64,000 bases of DNA, from positions 1,440,001 to 1,504,000 of the forward strand of contig CAXXMD010000002.1 in the NCBI GenBank assembly GCA_963675755.2. The letters run 5' to 3'. This DNA is from a bacterium. Lineage in GTDB: Bacteria; Zhuqueibacterota; Zhuqueibacteria; Residuimicrobiales; Krinioviventaceae. Position numbers and translations under genes: made by a program. Within the stretch, counting starts at the first letter, position 1; every line of letters starts with the position of its first letter. Below are positions 1-10,199 of the stretch, piece after piece. The notes under the pieces were generated by a model. The model was not told where the DNA came from. It did not search any database and was given only the letters and a program-made list of their open reading frames with translations.

Positions 1-386
1 GTCCCAGTAATCATAAGCTTTAGGATCTGCCGGATCGTCACCCGGGGTTACATTGGGTTTTGAAGGATCGACATCTATAAAAGCACTGTCGCCAAAAGTG
101 TTAACCATAGGTAAACCATGCAGCACCATAATCTGAATGACATTATATCCTTTATCTCTGCGATTTGTAATAAAGGTATCTGCTTCAGCACGGTCCAGTC
201 TGCGAAAGGTCAGCCATCCGGTATCTCCCAGCCAGAAAAACGGTTTGCCGTTTTCAAACTGTAAAAATCTTCCATTTTCTGAAACAACGAGTTTACCATT
301 GTCCCAGGGTTTCATTTTGGTGGTTTGAGTAGCAGTACAACCCAACCAGCAATGCGAGGAACAACAACAAAAAGAGGTTTTTTCAT
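1..386 (-). CDS. GH140-like apiosidase (DUF4038), 5' part; runs off window edge; frameshifted in signal peptide
   Basis: Manual minus-strand translation: ...KPWDNGKLVVSENGRFLQFENGKPFFWLGDTGWLTFRRLDRAEADTFITNRRDKGYNVIQIMVLH...YDYWD, the typical GH140/DUF4038 N-terminus. ATG at 386 follows AGGAG, but that frame stops early, so indels are needed in the signal-peptide region. Confidence 0.8.
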
Positions 387-427
387 CCCTTTACTCCTGT
401 TTATATAAATTTGATTAATTCTCAACA

Positions 428-2461
428 TCAGTGATTAACCGGCAGCCATACCGACATATCGCCTTTGCCTCGGTTTCCCCCAGGCAAAATAAGGTACCAG
501 GCTGATTTTCAATTCATCCGGAGAATTATCAGAAATAGGCCGATAAAGTCCATTCCATTCCGGCTCATTTACTGATAATGCCTGTCCTTCAAGACATACA
601 ATGGTCTGTCTTTCAATTCTTTTGGCATTGGGTACCAGTTTAATATCCTCTGGCAGCAATATATCAGATACATTCACGCCCTTGGGCAGGTCAGCAGATT
701 CCAGACAATATACAACCGGACCGCGTTGAACAGCGACCTGGTTGCGTGTTTCTTCAACCAGTGGATTGGCTTGCATGAGCGTTGCAGGCATGGGTAAATC
801 CAATTCAATGCGGTCGCCCATTTTCCACTGACGTGTAATCTCGGCATAACTGGATGGTTCCAGTTTGGAATTCACAGGTTCTCCATTTACCAGAAGCGAT
901 GCTCCTGCAGACCATCCCGGTATACGCAGCATGATGGAAACAGGTCCGGTTGGTGCTTTTTCAACAGAGATGTTAATTTTCCCCGTCCCATGGATAATCT
1001 GTTTTCTGTACCAACCGGATTTCTGATCCATTTTCTAATTCAGTATCAATTGTGTTAGCTCCATACAAATGCACCCCATACACCCTTATCGGATATACTG
1101 TATGCATAACTGTTTACCTCTGCGACTGTTCTGACCACATTTGGCGGACAGCAAAAGCAGGATATAATAAGGTTCACGTTCTCGTGACCAGCGCAATTCA
1201 AAAGGAGTGCGATGATCTACCCGCAAAGGATTGGTATAAAAATAATCTTTTCCATCCAGGCTGATGCTGGACAATACGCTGTTGTAAAGTGCAAGTTCAA
1301 GCACATCTGCAAAATCGAGCCTCGGCAGTCGCGTTCAGCATTCTCCAATTCCATAACACATTACCAATATTGGCACAAGTTTCATTATGTGCGGTTTCGT
1401 TATGCAGCTGAAATTCTCTGCCATACGCCTGGTGTACCTGCTGAATCTCGGGAGGGCTGTATGATGTACCATCCGGGGAGACGCCGTCATAAAGCGCACC
1501 GCAGCCACCGGTGATGTACATCTTTGTGCTGACCATATCGTGCCAGATCAAGTCCAGCGTATTTAACAGGGTTTCATCTCCGGTTTCCGCATAAACATCC
1601 GCAACACCGGCATAAAGATAATTCGCACGCACCGCATGCCCCTGGGCTTTGGTCTGCTGCCTGAACGGTACTCGGTCCTGGTTATGGTCGGTTCCGTTTT
1701 CTACATATTTACGGATCTCTATTAAATTTTCAGCCAGTTCCAGGTACCGGGGATCGCGTGTAGTGCGGTACATTTCAACAACACCCATATAATGAGAGGG
1801 ACAAAATGGCATTCCTTGCAAGCTCGGGGGGTTGAATTTTTATAAAAATCGTATAGAAAATCCGTTGCACGAACAGCAATATCTAACAGGCTCTTTTTTC
1901 CGGTCACACGATAATGTACACATGCGGCCGTCATGAGGTGCCCCATGTTATAGGTTTCAAAATGCAGCCGGTCTGCAAACTCGTTCACATCCGTTTGATG
2001 GTAGCGCTGCTTTATGATTACCGGAGTATGGATATATCCATCCTCGCGTTGGAGCATTTGGCGATGATTGGAATGAGTTCATCCATCAACTTTTCGATTT
2101 CTTTATCACTAGTAATGGCATAAACCGTAACAGCCGCTTCAAACCATTTATAAAAAGTCACCATCATGCCACGATGGCCCGTCATGTTCACACCCGTATG
2201 AAATACCGGCAGCAATCAGAAAATTTTCCCAATTGTGGCTTATATCCACATCTTTGAGAATATCCCACATGTGCGGTACCATAACATCACCTGCAAACCT
2301 GAAAACGTTCAGCCCCAAAACCCATCGGTCCAGGTGACATCATCCAGATCAACATTTTTCAACTTGACATTGGGACTGTTTTCCGTATTCAGCAATCCAT
2401 TACTTCCCGCCCAAAGCTGGAACGAGAAAACACATAATATATATACGATTATTTTTTTCAT
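428..2461 (-). pseudogene. GH127 (DUF1680) glycoside hydrolase, aceric-acid-hydrolase-like; split by multiple frameshifts (real or assembly error)
   Basis: Consecutive fragments in different frames carry GH127 motifs: VTWTDGFW, ETYNMGHLMTA, GHAVRANYLYAGVAD, KMYITGGCGA, AHNETCANIGN, YFYTNPL, LRIPGW, RGPVVYCLES, VPYFAWG(NRG..MSVWLP). Confidence 0.85.
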
Positions 2462-2487
2462 ATATTTCAAACCTCCGATTTAAAAAA

Positions 2488-4068
2488 TCACTCCTGAATA
2501 CGGGTTAACCGCAGTGTGCCATATATGGCTTGTTCGGGAATTTGATTACCGAATGGTCTTTATCAATATAATTATAGCGGTTCAACATTTCAACTGTATA
2601 AACTTTATTTATGGGCGTAATAGTCATGTTCCACGTGTCTATCAATTCGGCTTTGAATTTCATGCCATTTTCCAGACCTTCATCCGGCAGCTTGAATTCC
2701 CATTCTTTCGGTGTGTGCTCTGCAAAATAATAGAGATAATATTCACCATATTTACCTGCCGCATTCAGCAGATAATAGTGGTCCAAAGGCTGTAAACCTT
2801 CCTGCGGACCCGACTCTACTATTTCACGCAAAAACCCGATACGCTCTGCACTGGTACCGCGTAATACACCGCCTTCAGAGATCCAGTCGATTTTGGATTC
2901 ATGCTCAATAGCTTCACCATGCGTAGCATAAGAACCACCGATATAGGCGATCCAGAAACGACGGGTCATTTCCTCACCGGAAAGCTGTCCCCATCTGCTT
3001 GCAATGTTGCCTTCGTAATTGATTTCATCATTCACCAGGGGGTTTGCCGTAAATATCACGCACCACCATACAAACACCAAAGTTACGTACCACATTATAA
3101 TATTGCAGACTGACATGGGTAACCCAGGGCTTTGTATAATCGTACAAATCACCTGCATTGTGTATAGAACGGAGATGATGATAGGGGTCCTTGTCTCTCA
3201 CGACCTTGAAGTAGTGGTCCCAGTCTTCAGCAGTTAAATGCCGTATAAAGCTGTTCTCGTTTGCCAGGCTCCACCAGACATTACTGTACGCTCCTAATCT
3301 GGCGATAACATAACGCAGATACCGGTCATTGGTCTCCCGGTCCATTGTATCGAATCCAAACTTTCCATTATCATAAGGTCTGAACAGGATCACATCCGCT
3401 TCAATACCCAATTCACGCAGGCGTTCTACATTTTTTTCAAATGCTTTAAAAAATGTAGTGTTAAAACGAGAGAAATCCCATTTATTTTCCGGTTCTCCTT
3501 CAAATGGAAATTCTTTGATTGCTCGGGGACCCTCTACATAATCCTCAGTATAATTAGGTAATACCAGAAAACGTACCTTGTTAAAAGGAGAATTCTTTAA
3601 CGTTTCAAGGGTCTGGTTCTGCAGTTCAGGGGATTCAAAACACCACTGGTAACAGGTAGTGCCGAATGGAAAGTATGGCTTGCCATCCGCATAAGCAAAA
3701 TGATACTTGTTCCGCACAACAACGGGACCATGACTATCTGATTTGGGGGCAATACAGGTAAATTCACCTGTCAGGTCATCCAGTTCTTTTTTATTACTGT
3801 GGGTCTTGAATGTCCATTCCCCTTCCAGATTAGGCATAAATCGTATTCTAAAAATGCCTTCTCCATCGTAAAAGCCTTCCGGCTCATATACAGCATGGGT
3901 AGAATCACTGTGATGGAATTCTGCGCTAAAGGTAATACCGATAAAGGGGTTGCCATAATCTGGACCATTAAATTCAGCTTCAAAAACATCCCATTTTTCA
4001 ACTTGCTGCTTCTGTGCTAAAAGTAAGCTTGAAAACAGCAGAATAACCAATACGAGTATCTTTTTCAT
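2488..4068 (-). pseudogene. DUF5060/DUF4038/DUF5605 apiosidase-like glycoside hydrolase, frameshifted
   Basis: ORFs 3028..4068 and 2505..3158 join near the G-run at ~3040 (YGKP|LVNDEINYEGNI). Motifs VEKWDVFE, GFYDGEGIFRIRFMP, HFAYADGKPYFPFGTT, WSLANE, YATHGE. A second indel near 2515 restores the C-terminus PYMALRLTRIQE. Confidence 0.75.
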
Positions 4069-4835
4069 TCTAATTCTCCGGGATCAGTTGTTACCAGCCA
4101 TTTGGCAAGTGACAAATTTTGTTTTTTAATATCTTTTGCAAACAGACCTGCCATTTCAATAGCGCCATATTCACAAAAGTGTGTATCATCCTGTTTTCCA
4201 TCCGGACAGCAGGGAAACGCATCCGGCCCGAACCATAGAAATAACTCTTTTGAACCTTCAGGACCTTTGGATACAATTAATTCTTTACTCAATACGTGCA
4301 TATCTACCAGCGGAACTTGCTGCTCTTTAGCAGTCAGACGTACCGCATCCGGATATTCGCCATGTGTATCAAAAAATTTACCGTTCTCATCAAATCGTCT
4401 GCGCATTATAGGCGTACAAAGAATGGGTTTTGCTCCCTTTTCTCTGCTCTTTGCTATAAACATTTCCAGATTGGCTTTATAGGTACCAAAAGGTGTTGTA
4501 TAGCGTGTTGAATCATAATCTTTTTCATCATTATGACCAAACTGGATTATCAAAAAATCACCCGCCTTGATCGAATCCAGCACTGTCTGCCAGCGTCCTT
4601 CATCAATAAAGCTTTTAGAACTTCTTCCGTTTACGGAATGGTTATCAATAGTCGCGTATTCATTAAAATATCGCGGCAGGAGCTGTCCCCATCCACGTTC
4701 AGGATTACCGGTATCCAGGGGTTTGTCTGCCATGGTAGAATCGCCAATCATGTAAACGGTTACCGGTTTGTTGGTATTACAGGAAATGATAACCATGCTG
4801 AAAACCATCAGTAAAAAAAGAATGTGATTTTTCAT
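4065..4835 (-). CDS. Rhamnogalacturonan acetylesterase (CE12, SGNH/GDSL), lipoprotein
   Basis: IGDSTMA, GWGQ, NGRSSKSF, QFGHND and DDTH SGNH blocks; lipobox IISC. Confidence 0.9.
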   Translation of the reverse strand: MKNHILFLLMVFSMVIISCNTNKPVTVYMIGDSTMADKPLDTGNPERGWGQLLPRYFNEYATIDNHSVNGRSSKSFIDEGRWQTVLDSIKAGDFLIIQFGHNDEKDYDSTRYTTPFGTYKANLEMFIAKSREKGAKPILCTPIMRRRFDENGKFFDTHGEYPDAVRLTAKEQQVPLVDMHVLSKELIVSKGPEGSKELFLWFGPDAFPCCPDGKQDDTHFCEYGAIEMAGLFAKDIKKQNLSLAKWLVTTDPGELE

Positions 4836-4905
4836 AACAATACCTTAATTAATACACGTTTTGGATGAATTCATATTATCAACGTTTAATGAACTAGCCA
4901 TACAC

Positions 4906-7614
4906 TTAATGGGATACAATTCGTTTAGCATCCCGCTTTAATACTTTGCGGGCCATTGGAACAGCACCTAAAATAATATAGCTTCCTTTTCCTATCATTT
5001 CCACATCATACACACCAGGTTCATATTCAAAATTATGAACATCAAGAGCTGGCAGTTCTGAAATAATAGCTGCATTTCTTACTCGTGGTGCAAAGCCGCC
5101 ACGCTCATTAGCTCGTGCTTCAAAATCCGGATTAGGGACCTGCAGCCATTTGGGGTCTTTGCTCTTGAAATACCCTACCAGTAATCGTAATGGCTCATTC
5201 ACTTTTAAACGAAAGGTCATGACATCATGTTGGGCCTGCTTGTTGGAAAACCGGATTCCTTTTAATCCAATAAACTCGGGAGCTATGTCTCGAATTTCAA
5301 AATCTTCATCCGTAAACACTCTGGCGCCCATTTCTACAGTATAGTACTCGCCATTGTCAGACAATAACTCGTAATCTGCATTGGGATAGGGTTCCATATC
5401 TTTATCCGCAAATCGCAAGTTCGGATCTACCTTGCCGGATTCCAGATCAGACACATATTTTTTAAATCCTGCCAGTTCTTCTTCGTACAGGGGCAGCACC
5501 TGGGTCCAATGATAATTATAAGGAGTACCGTCAACCTCACCGGGAAATGGTATGCGTCGATGATAGGTCAACATGCTTTGGGCCATATTATAGGTATCCC
5601 GGGTTCTATCGGTCAGTTCTTTGAAATATTCCAGACTTTTGGCCAGATTCGTCTCAGCAGATTGCAAATCATGAATATCGTTTGAAAAATCATATCGCAA
5701 TACATCCATTGCGGCTTTAACTTTGTAATAATAATTCCAGGAAAGCAATTGAATACAAATAATATCATTTTCGTACCGTTCAAACTCGGCTTTATTTAGA
5801 GTAACATATTCTTCAGCTTGTTGTATAGAATTCACTGCCCTGTCTGCAAAATCCACTGCATCATGTATCACAGAAGGCGGCGTTTCGCCAACATGGGGTT
5901 GCTTGTTCCACTCTTTGTCAGCATATTCCTGCAATCGTTCTCCGGGAGGTGCTTGAGAAAGCCATAAATCCGGAAACGGGCTGTACGGCTCAGGATTCGC
6001 CAACTGGTCCAATGTCATACCCAGAGAAAAGGTTTGCCGATTCCCCTCGGTAATTCCAAACCGTCGCAGCAGCATAGGCGCACATTCGCCGGCATCATTC
6101 AAAGCATTGAGAATATATGTTGCCGCTTGTTCACTGCCAAACTGCTGAGTTAAGCGATCAATCCAATATGTCCTCTCACCCGCTTCATCCCGCCACGGAT
6201 CCCAGGCATAACGGGCCCAGGCCTCAAACCACATCCAGTCACGTTCATATTGCAGCAGCTGTGGTGTTGCCTTGTCCCCGGCGTATGGCCAGTTCCAATA
6301 AAATAATGGATAGAGATGGAGTCCCTGAGCTTCCAACCGTTCTTCCATAGCCTGTACGCTTTTTTGAATAAAACGCTGCGCACCATATCGAAACGGTTCC
6401 AGATTTGCCAATATATGTACATTCACAACATGCTGCGAACCCAGCCGGCTCATATCTAAATGTACCTGCCGCCAGGGACCGCGTGGCTCGGTTGTGGTCA
6501 GCGATTCACCATTATATTTTGCCATGGTATAGAGATTTTTATACAGAGGTAATGCCGCTTCCATAATCGCTTTGGGATCCGTTGCATGCGCGCGCAATAC
6601 AATGGGAGGCTCTTCTGATTTCCCCAAAGCTTTTAATCCATCCTGCACTCCGGGAATAATGACTTTTGTAAACCATTCAACCTGGTTTTCGGTACCGCGG
6701 AGTGCTTCACCCAGACAAACCAGTAATCCTACATTGGGATATTTTTCCACAAATGCGGCAATGGATTTACGATTATAATCAGACACCAGTGGACTGGGCT
6801 CCCGGTGCTGGGTATCAATATTGTGCCTTTCGGCAAAGGGTTGTGATACAAATATATTATAAAACATTTGAATAATCCAGATACCGCGCTTGTCCGCTTC
6901 CGTTGTGATGTATTCAAACATTTCCACATTTTTTTCAAAAACCGCATCAGACACTTCAATTGCATATGGATATGCTTTTAATTTCACCAATGAAGCAAAG
7001 GGATGTCCATTCCACAAATAAAGTGTATTCAGCCGGTTGTCCACCATCAAATCCAGATACTCTTTCCAAAAGGATTTATCATAGAAAAACGGAAAATTGT
7101 CAGGTGTATAAGGATATTCATACATTTTGCGACCGGGCAGTATTTTGGGTTTTTGCATACCAATCACAGTACCGCGAAGCACCATACTGGGCTGGTCTGT
7201 TACATCCAGATCGGTTGGCAAAGCTCCTGAGGTTTTAATACGGTCTGCCAACTCGAGGCAACCATACAACACCCCTGAGGGATCCGCTCCAATCACATAA
7301 ATCCTATCTTTATCGGATTTGAGTACAAATCCTTCCTTGCCGATCTCAATTTGTGATATTGCATCATTTCCACCTGGTAACTGTGAATTATTTCGAGTAC
7401 CAATTATAATAATTTTATCTTTGTACGCTTGGTTACCCATGCTGGAGATACTTGCTTCATAATCCAACGCTTGCAATATGTTTGTAATTTTCTCAACACC
7501 AAAGGCAATGCGGGGTACATGTTTTTGGGGAGATACTATTGTTACAGATTCTGCAGAATAACTGACTGTAACAGCCAATAGCAAAATCAACAATATTTTG
7601 GATTTATAAAACAT
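4906..7614 (-). CDS. GH138 alpha-galacturonidase-like (RG-II)
   Basis: 902 aa with signal peptide. DQPSMVLRG..GMQK...YEYPYTPDNFPFFYDK, LYLWNGHPFASLVKL, KYNGESLT, NVHILANLEPFRYG and RRFGITEGNRQT resemble the GH138 family. Confidence 0.8.
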   Translation of the reverse strand: MFYKSKILLILLLAVTVSYSAESVTIVSPQKHVPRIAFGVEKITNILQALDYEASISSMGNQAYKDKIIIIGTRNNSQLPGGNDAISQIEIGKEGFVLKSDKDRIYVIGADPSGVLYGCLELADRIKTSGALPTDLDVTDQPSMVLRGTVIGMQKPKILPGRKMYEYPYTPDNFPFFYDKSFWKEYLDLMVDNRLNTLYLWNGHPFASLVKLKAYPYAIEVSDAVFEKNVEMFEYITTEADKRGIWIIQMFYNIFVSQPFAERHNIDTQHREPSPLVSDYNRKSIAAFVEKYPNVGLLVCLGEALRGTENQVEWFTKVIIPGVQDGLKALGKSEEPPIVLRAHATDPKAIMEAALPLYKNLYTMAKYNGESLTTTEPRGPWRQVHLDMSRLGSQHVVNVHILANLEPFRYGAQRFIQKSVQAMEERLEAQGLHLYPLFYWNWPYAGDKATPQLLQYERDWMWFEAWARYAWDPWRDEAGERTYWIDRLTQQFGSEQAATYILNALNDAGECAPMLLRRFGITEGNRQTFSLGMTLDQLANPEPYSPFPDLWLSQAPPGERLQEYADKEWNKQPHVGETPPSVIHDAVDFADRAVNSIQQAEEYVTLNKAEFERYENDIICIQLLSWNYYYKVKAAMDVLRYDFSNDIHDLQSAETNLAKSLEYFKELTDRTRDTYNMAQSMLTYHRRIPFPGEVDGTPYNYHWTQVLPLYEEELAGFKKYVSDLESGKVDPNLRFADKDMEPYPNADYELLSDNGEYYTVEMGARVFTDEDFEIRDIAPEFIGLKGIRFSNKQAQHDVMTFRLKVNEPLRLLVGYFKSKDPKWLQVPNPDFEARANERGGFAPRVRNAAIISELPALDVHNFEYEPGVYDVEMIGKGSYIILGAVPMARKVLKRDAKRIVSH

Positions 7615-7678
7615 AAAACCTCAACTCCTTAAACATACGCTAAAATTATCACACTGGAAATCATTTATCAATTTGCAC

Positions 7679-10162
7679 CTATTTATATGCCGGCTGTAAC
7701 GTTTTAAATGCTTTCAGCGATACCGGACCTTCTGACGGCCACTTGCCATCGGGCATCGAGATGGTTACCAAAGATTCGGGATCCAGCACAACATGTTTGA
7801 TCCGTTCGCGGTGCCAGGTATATACAATATGTACCAAACCGTCACTGGATTGGATGACTGACGGATAAGAAAACTGCTTGCCATAGTCGTCAAGATAATC
7901 GAGGATCATGGCAGCTTCCCAATTGATGCCGTCCAGACTTGTTGCAACATTTAATATTCCACGGCCTTTACGTCCCATACCCGGTTGGTTGCGTGTAGAA
8001 TGGTTATAAACGAGCAATTGCCGTCCATCTTTTAATGTTACACCATCAAGTCCTGAATTATTGTTAGGCATGCCTAAGGTATCCAGAGGTGTCCAGGTAA
8101 GACCTTTATCCTCTGACCAGCTTTCGCCGATAAAACCATGTTTGGAACTGGTCCGGCATAGCAACTGAATACGTCCGTCAGGATAAGTTAAAAGCGTTGG
8201 CTGAATAGCTCCAAATCCATCTTTTGGCAAGATGGGGCCAATGAACGACCAGGTTTTTCCATTGTCCGTGCTGCGCTCAACATGCACACGCCACCCGTTT
8301 TCATCTTCAATGCTTGAAGGAGACAAGATGGTACCATCCGCAAGTTGAATGGGTTTATTCTTGACCGCACCAATAAAATCATCGCCCACTTTATGGGCTT
8401 TACTCCATGTATAGCCGCCATCGCTCGAGGTTTTAACGCGTCCCATGAATTCGGTTTCAGGTATAAAGACTTTGTAAAAAAGCATTATATCTCCGCCTTT
8501 GGGCTGAAACAATACGGGATTCCCGGTAGCCATGCGTTCGCCACCTTCATCTCCATCAGCAACACTCACGGGCGCAGACCAGGCACCTCCGGGAGCTTTG
8601 CGAGACATCCAGATTTCAACATCAGGATTTCCTTCTCCTGAACCTGCAAAATAAACACACAACAGTTCACCGTTATCCAGCTCCAGTATAGATGAGGAAT
8701 GGCAAGAACGGAAAGGACGCGAATCACCAAAGACAAATTCTTCTAATTCTAATCCCGGACGTTCTGTTAAATTTGTATAATCAGCAAATATAGCCGGATC
8801 CGTGTTATTGAGATACTCTTCAAGGTTGGTATAGCCATCCCCATCTTTGTCCATATTTCCATCAGACGCATCCTGGGGATCAAAGCCCATTTCTTTTTCC
8901 CATGCATCCGGCATACCGTCCTGGTCACTGTCAGCAGGAGCCTTGGTGGATACGAGTTCGGGCCAGCCGCCAACATCATCCTGACTTTTAATGATCTGGC
9001 CGGTACGGTTTTTAACGGAATTTACTATGCGTATATCCACAGCATCCCGTTTCGGCAGGATTGCACCTCCATCCTGCAAAACGCGTTTAAATGCCTCGGG
9101 TGCATCCAAATGTTTTACCGGGCCGGTTTCAAAGGGTTGATCTTTTTTATAATTACGAATATCATTATCAGACCAGGATTCCCGCCATCTCAACAAACTC
9201 CACTGGTCCTCAACGAGTTGGCCGTCATAATAATTCTCGGCAAAATAAGAGCGATTGTAAGGTGAACCGGTAGAATAAGCGATACCATTATTGACTGAAT
9301 TTGAACCGGGTATTAGATAATTTCCCACATAGTTCAAACGTGTAATGCTTATTGCGTCATTGCTATATCCTGCATAATCACCGCCCCAGTTATAGATTAC
9401 ATTGTTTCTGAAATCAAGCAAAAATCCATCAGAGTCTTTGAAATAGGGATTATCATCATAATTGCCCGGACGCGGATTACGACCGCGATTGTGCGCGTAA
9501 AGATTGTACAGATAACTGAACTTTGCACCACCCGAGCCGCGGATCAGGGAACCAAAGCCGTGATTGTCGGGATTCAATCCCTCGGTAATGAAACACCATT
9601 GAACCGTGATTCTTGTCATATTGGGATAATGGGTAGAGGCAGACAAGGCTTCATCCAGACTCCAGCTTGCGGAACAGTGATCAATGATAATGTCCCAGCC
9701 TTTAGACACACTGATTGCATCTTTTCCCTGAAGACTGCCGATCCCATGCAGGGAATCACCCAGACGACATCGGATGTAACGAATAATAACATTATGTGTA
9801 GCCACATCAAGGGTTTCACCTTTAATACAAATGCCATCGCCCGGTGCGGTTTGTCCGGCAATGGTGATGTATGGATTTACAATATCAAGTTTACTTTTGA
9901 TCTCAATGATACCAGAGATATCGAATACAACTGTACGTCGGCCATTTTGTTCTACAGCCCATCGCAGGCTTCCGGGGCCATCATCATTGAGGTTGGTTAC
10001 ATGAAGAACTTTACCACCGCGTCCGCCTTTGGCATATGCGCCAAAACCTTCAGCACCGGGAAAAGCAAGAATTTCTTTCACTTCTGCTGACAAGCTTGAT
10101 GTTATCAGAAAAAAAGAAACAGTAAACAGCATGCTCAATCGTATCAAAATATTCTTTTTCAA
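7679..10162 (-). CDS. PL1 pectate lyase fused to a GH33/sialidase-like (BNR repeat) domain
   Basis: N-half: LAFPGAEGFGAYAKGGRGG, TIAGQTAPGDG, DHCSASWSLDE, RNPR, DSDQDGMPDAWE. C-half: CHSSSI, GNPVLF, GAVKNKP, Asp-boxes SSDGGYTWS/STDNGKTWS/SEDKGLTWT/SLDGINWE, FSYPSVIQ. Likely TTG start at 10162; the ORF track extends into the upstream gene. Confidence 0.85.
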   Translation of the reverse strand: MKKNILIRLSMLFTVSFFLITSSLSAEVKEILAFPGAEGFGAYAKGGRGGKVLHVTNLNDDGPGSLRWAVEQNGRRTVVFDISGIIEIKSKLDIVNPYITIAGQTAPGDGICIKGETLDVATHNVIIRYIRCRLGDSLHGIGSLQGKDAISVSKGWDIIIDHCSASWSLDEALSASTHYPNMTRITVQWCFITEGLNPDNHGFGSLIRGSGGAKFSYLYNLYAHNRGRNPRPGNYDDNPYFKDSDGFLLDFRNNVIYNWGGDYAGYSNDAISITRLNYVGNYLIPGSNSVNNGIAYSTGSPYNRSYFAENYYDGQLVEDQWSLLRWRESWSDNDIRNYKKDQPFETGPVKHLDAPEAFKRVLQDGGAILPKRDAVDIRIVNSVKNRTGQIIKSQDDVGGWPELVSTKAPADSDQDGMPDAWEKEMGFDPQDASDGNMDKDGDGYTNLEEYLNNTDPAIFADYTNLTERPGLELEEFVFGDSRPFRSCHSSSILELDNGELLCVYFAGSGEGNPDVEIWMSRKAPGGAWSAPVSVADGDEGGERMATGNPVLFQPKGGDIMLFYKVFIPETEFMGRVKTSSDGGYTWSKAHKVGDDFIGAVKNKPIQLADGTILSPSSIEDENGWRVHVERSTDNGKTWSFIGPILPKDGFGAIQPTLLTYPDGRIQLLCRTSSKHGFIGESWSEDKGLTWTPLDTLGMPNNNSGLDGVTLKDGRQLLVYNHSTRNQPGMGRKGRGILNVATSLDGINWEAAMILDYLDDYGKQFSYPSVIQSSDGLVHIVYTWHRERIKHVVLDPESLVTISMPDGKWPSEGPVSLKAFKTLQPAYK

Positions 10163-10199
10163 ATTCCCATCTCCCAAAAAGTAAACATCAACTTTAATC

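Noticed and set aside
428-3100. Programmed frameshifting or phase variation in the broken glycosidase genes
   Set aside because: There are too many independent indels in short runs across three adjacent genes; sequencing error or decay is simpler.
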